Shown: in pieces, positions 37,048-39,975 of the stretch
How the letters are laid out: every line of letters starts with the position of its first letter
Numbering within the stretch: position 1 is the first letter of the stretch
Assembly (NCBI GenBank): GCA_041690595.1
Contig: JAWLHB010000010.1
Span: 186,001 to 225,975 of the forward strand
Origin: Lentisphaeria bacterium
Lineage (GTDB): Bacteria > Verrucomicrobiota > Lentisphaeria > JABSQK01 > JAWLHB01
Reading direction: 5' to 3'
Length of the DNA stretch: 39,975 nt
Translations under genes and position numbers: made by a program
The notes under the pieces: generated by a model
Databases searched by the model: none
The model's input: the letters and a program-made list of their open reading frames with translations, nothing else
What the model was told of the DNA's origin: nothing

Positions 37048-38790
37048 TCAAACTGTGTCGCCCGCCGGCGCACCTTCCATCTGCATCCTGTACATACGGG
37101 CGTACCACGCTCCCCGCGCCATCAACTGCTCATGGCTGCCACGCTCGACCAGGCGGCCGTCCTGAATGACCAGAATCGCGTCGGCATCGCGCACCATCGA
37201 GAGCCGGTGTGATACGACAATTGTAGTCCGCCCTTTCATCAGGCGCTGCAACGCGCCCTGGATCAGCAACTCCGACTCCGGCTCCACCGCCGCGGTGGCT
37301 TCATCGAGCAGCAGGATCTCCGGATTGGCCAGGAAGGCACGAGCGATGCAAAGTCGCTGCCGCTGACCGCCCGACAGCTTGACGCCGCGCTCGCCAATCT
37401 GCGTGTCGTACCCATCGTTCAACTGCGAGATGAACTCATGGGCGTTCGCCTGTATGGCTGCCGCTTCCACCTCGCTCTCAGTGGCATCCAGCTTCCCGTA
37501 GCGCAGATTGTTCCGCACTGTATCGTGAAAGAGGAACGCTTCCTGCGTGACGATGCCGATATGGCTGCGCAACGACTGCTGCGACAGCGAGCGCAGATCT
37601 CGCCCGTCGAGCAGGATTTTCCCTTGCCCCGGATCGTGAAAGCGAAGAATCAGGTGCAGCAAGGTGCTCTTCCCGCTTCCGCTTGGACCGACAATACCGA
37701 TGCTCTGCCCAGGTTCAACCCGGAGATCGATTTCTCGCAAGGTGTGCCCCTTCTCGTCATAAGCGAAGTTGACCTGCTCGAACTCGATGCTCCCCTTTAC
37801 CTGCTGCAATTCCATGGCATCCGCGGCATCCTCGATTTCCTCCGGTTCGTCGAGCAGTTCAAAGATCCGGCTCCCGGCCGCCGCGGCACGCTGCAGCATC
37901 TCATTGATCGTGGCTATCGACTGGATCGGGCTGAAAAGCTGCCACCAGTAGCCACGATAGGCCACCAGCCCGCCGATTGTCATCTTGCCGTTGATCACGA
38001 ACACCGCCCCCAGCCCCACCATGATGACATTGCTGAGAAATCCAACCGAAAAGACTGCCGGATAGTAGACTGAACGAGCCCGCACCGCCTCGATACCGCG
38101 CCGCCGATAGACATCGTTCTCCGCTTGAAAACGCTGCTGCTCGTAGCTCTCCCGCGCAAAGGCCTTGATCGTCATCATCCCCTGGAGGTTCTCCTGCAAC
38201 TTGGAGGTCACATCGCCAAGAGTCTCCCGCACACTGCGGTACAGCTTCTTGATCCGCCGGTTGAATTTGTAGATCAACACGGCCACAATCGCGATCGGCA
38301 CCAGTGTCGCCGTGCCCACCATCGGCTGAATGCTGACGATGATGACGCTGACATAGAAGAAGCTGAGCGCATTGCCGATCACATTGTCGATGCCGTGAAT
38401 CACCACCTGCTCCACCGCATCCACATCGCTCATGGCTCGCGAGATCAGGTCACCGGAGCGACGGCTGTGAAAGTAACCCATCGATTGGCGCTGCAGCTTG
38501 TCATAGACGCGATTGCGCAGATCGTAGATGAAGTTCTGCCCAACTTTGCCCAGCACGTAGTTCCGCACCGCGTTGAGCCCGTAACCGATGAGATGCACAA
38601 TCACCATGACGCCCAGGGCCGGGGCCAGCATCTCGTACTTCCCATCCGTGATCACGTCATCGACAATGAACTTCCAGACCAGCGGGTGAAAAAGCTGGCA
38701 AGGCGTCGCGATCAGCAGGCAGATCCCACTGAAGATGATGGCGCCCATGTACGGACGCAGATAGGGAAGGAAACGTTTGAATATATCCAT
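37048..38790 (-). CDS. ABC exporter, fused TMD + ATPase (MsbA/MdlA-like)
   Basis: Hydrophobic N-terminal membrane domain; Walker A GPSGSGKS, LSGGQRQR, LLLDEAT, SHRLS. Confidence 0.95.
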   Translation of the reverse strand: MDIFKRFLPYLRPYMGAIIFSGICLLIATPCQLFHPLVWKFIVDDVITDGKYEMLAPALGVMVIVHLIGYGLNAVRNYVLGKVGQNFIYDLRNRVYDKLQRQSMGYFHSRRSGDLISRAMSDVDAVEQVVIHGIDNVIGNALSFFYVSVIIVSIQPMVGTATLVPIAIVAVLIYKFNRRIKKLYRSVRETLGDVTSKLQENLQGMMTIKAFARESYEQQRFQAENDVYRRRGIEAVRARSVYYPAVFSVGFLSNVIMVGLGAVFVINGKMTIGGLVAYRGYWWQLFSPIQSIATINEMLQRAAAAGSRIFELLDEPEEIEDAADAMELQQVKGSIEFEQVNFAYDEKGHTLREIDLRVEPGQSIGIVGPSGSGKSTLLHLILRFHDPGQGKILLDGRDLRSLSQQSLRSHIGIVTQEAFLFHDTVRNNLRYGKLDATESEVEAAAIQANAHEFISQLNDGYDTQIGERGVKLSGGQRQRLCIARAFLANPEILLLDEATAAVEPESELLIQGALQRLMKGRTTIVVSHRLSMVRDADAILVIQDGRLVERGSHEQLMARGAWYARMYRMQMEGAPAGDTV

Positions 38791-38825
38791 GAGACCAGAT
38801 GCTGACGATGAAAGGAGAAGCCCAG

Positions 38826-38854
38826 ACTATAGGGCTCAACCGGCCGGTTCACAA
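38826..38854 (-). promoter_or_regulatory. Putative promoter of the ABC exporter, with -35 overlapping the RT stop codon
   Basis: Minus strand TTGTGA-N17-TATAGT. Confidence 0.45.
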
Positions 38855-39889
38855 CCCGTCATCATGGACAGCCATCGCCAGCTTCCGATGAAGCTCCCGC
38901 GCTTCGCTGGAATGCACCGGCCTCATGAAGCCGATATGCCCATACAGAAAGCGCACCAGCTCGTCATCCAGTTCGGTCGCGACGGACTGCGTATGGACCA
39001 TCGCCCGAATGAGCCGCCGCACCCGCTTCGGCACCGCAACGCGGTCATTGACCGTCAATCCCGTCACCATCTGGCGTGATCCGCTGCGCATGATCCGCGT
39101 CTTCTCCGGCGCCTCCGCGAAACCTTCCTCCGCAACAATGCAACGAACCCTCGGCAGCAGCCGCAGCAGCCGCTCGTCTCCAGAGAAGGTCAGATCGTCG
39201 GCATACCGGGTATAGGCATAGCCATGGCTGCTCATCAACCCGTGAAGGCGTGCGTCCAACCGGCGGCAGACCAGATTACTGATGGCGGGACTCGTCGGCG
39301 CCCCCTGCGGCAGAACCCCCTGGTAGCAGCACAGGCCGGCCAGCCGGCAGGCCGTCTTCCGTGAGAAGCCGACCGCCATGAACGCCCCCGCGACTCGCGG
39401 CAGGCTGATGCTGGGAAAGAAGTCACGCAGATCCATCGCTACAACAAGACGCTTGCGCGTGTGCGGCGCCGCGTTCGTAAAGATGGAGCGCTTGCTGACA
39501 AACCCATGCGCCGACGGATGCACCTCCACCTGATCGAGGATGCGACGCAGTATGCGCCGCTGCATGAACTTCAGCACCGGGTGCGGCTCGTGCAACAGCC
39601 GCGGCGCCTTTCCTTCGCGAGGCAGTTCATTGGTTCGATAGAAGCCCCCTGCCTTCACGCCCTGCAGCACAAATCCAACCAGCCGCGGCTCCAGGCGAAG
39701 CCAATAGGGAAACAACACCTCATCGAGCGGGCGCAGCCCCGGTTCATCCCCAAGCTTCTTCACCCCCGGCGGAAGCTCCAACCTCACCGGCAGCGAAGAA
39801 CGCGGCAGTGTCTTGCCACCGCGATACTCCCGCCATGGCCCACATAGAGCCTCGATGCGCGAAGTCAGGCGACGTCTCGTAAGCGTCAA
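38849..39889 (-). CDS. Retron-type reverse transcriptase
   Basis: AHGF..RSI.TNAAPH (region X, NAxxH), DLRDFFPSI, LPQGAPTSP, TRYADDLTFSG, RQMVTGL.VN (region Y, VTG). Start uncertain (TTG 39889; in-frame stop at 39964-39962). Confidence 0.9.
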   Translation of the reverse strand: MTLTRRRLTSRIEALCGPWREYRGGKTLPRSSLPVRLELPPGVKKLGDEPGLRPLDEVLFPYWLRLEPRLVGFVLQGVKAGGFYRTNELPREGKAPRLLHEPHPVLKFMQRRILRRILDQVEVHPSAHGFVSKRSIFTNAAPHTRKRLVVAMDLRDFFPSISLPRVAGAFMAVGFSRKTACRLAGLCCYQGVLPQGAPTSPAISNLVCRRLDARLHGLMSSHGYAYTRYADDLTFSGDERLLRLLPRVRCIVAEEGFAEAPEKTRIMRSGSRQMVTGLTVNDRVAVPKRVRRLIRAMVHTQSVATELDDELVRFLYGHIGFMRPVHSSEARELHRKLAMAVHDDGL

Positions 39890-39975
39890 AAATACCCCAT
39901 GGTGAATATTCGCTTGCTCGTGCGCACAGTATCTCCTGTGACTTGAACCCCCTACAGGAGATCATGAGGATGAGC
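39890..39975 (-). ncRNA. Candidate retron msr-msd ncRNA, 3' part only (truncated by window end)
   Basis: Directly upstream of the retron RT; perfect 9-bp inverted repeat ATCTCCTGT(39931-39939)/ACAGGAGAT(39954-39962) plus outer pairing 39916-39921/39970-39975. Confidence 0.4.

Noticed and set aside
39744..39965. 73-aa - strand ORF as a possible small retron effector
   Set aside because: Overlaps the RT 5' end and the hairpin, has no motif or transmembrane segment, and its RBS cannot be seen; unsupported.
38849..39975. RT as group II intron, DGR or CRISPR-associated RT
   Set aside because: NAxxH and VTG motifs indicate a retron; no maturase/En domain, TR/VR pair, avd, cas gene or repeat array seen.

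Overview
High-GC bacterial chromosomal segment. The gene mix suggests PVC-superphylum (Lentisphaerae/Planctomycetes-like) origin, by inference: two stand-alone prepilin/H-X9-DG proteins, a sulfatase, GH42, GH20, PhyH and a glycyl-radical enzyme. It is mostly housekeeping and envelope/carbohydrate genes: purD (partial), lysS, ruvC, yebC, trxB, an AICAR-transformylase-only purH, gmd-fcl, tRNA-Leu(CAA), rpsU (missed by the ORF track), a sigma-70 factor, mfd and trmH. There is also a run of five lipoprotein genes, one of them a 48-aa ORF missed by the track. The most notable element is at the right edge: a retron-type reverse transcriptase (NAxxH, YADD and VTG signatures) on the minus strand, preceded by a structured non-coding region that could be the msd part of a retron ncRNA. 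That region runs off the window, and no recognisable retron effector lies downstream. Also notable is a glycyl-radical enzyme with no activase in the window, in an apparent operon with a GH42 beta-galactosidase. No CRISPR array, transposase, integrase or rRNA was seen.
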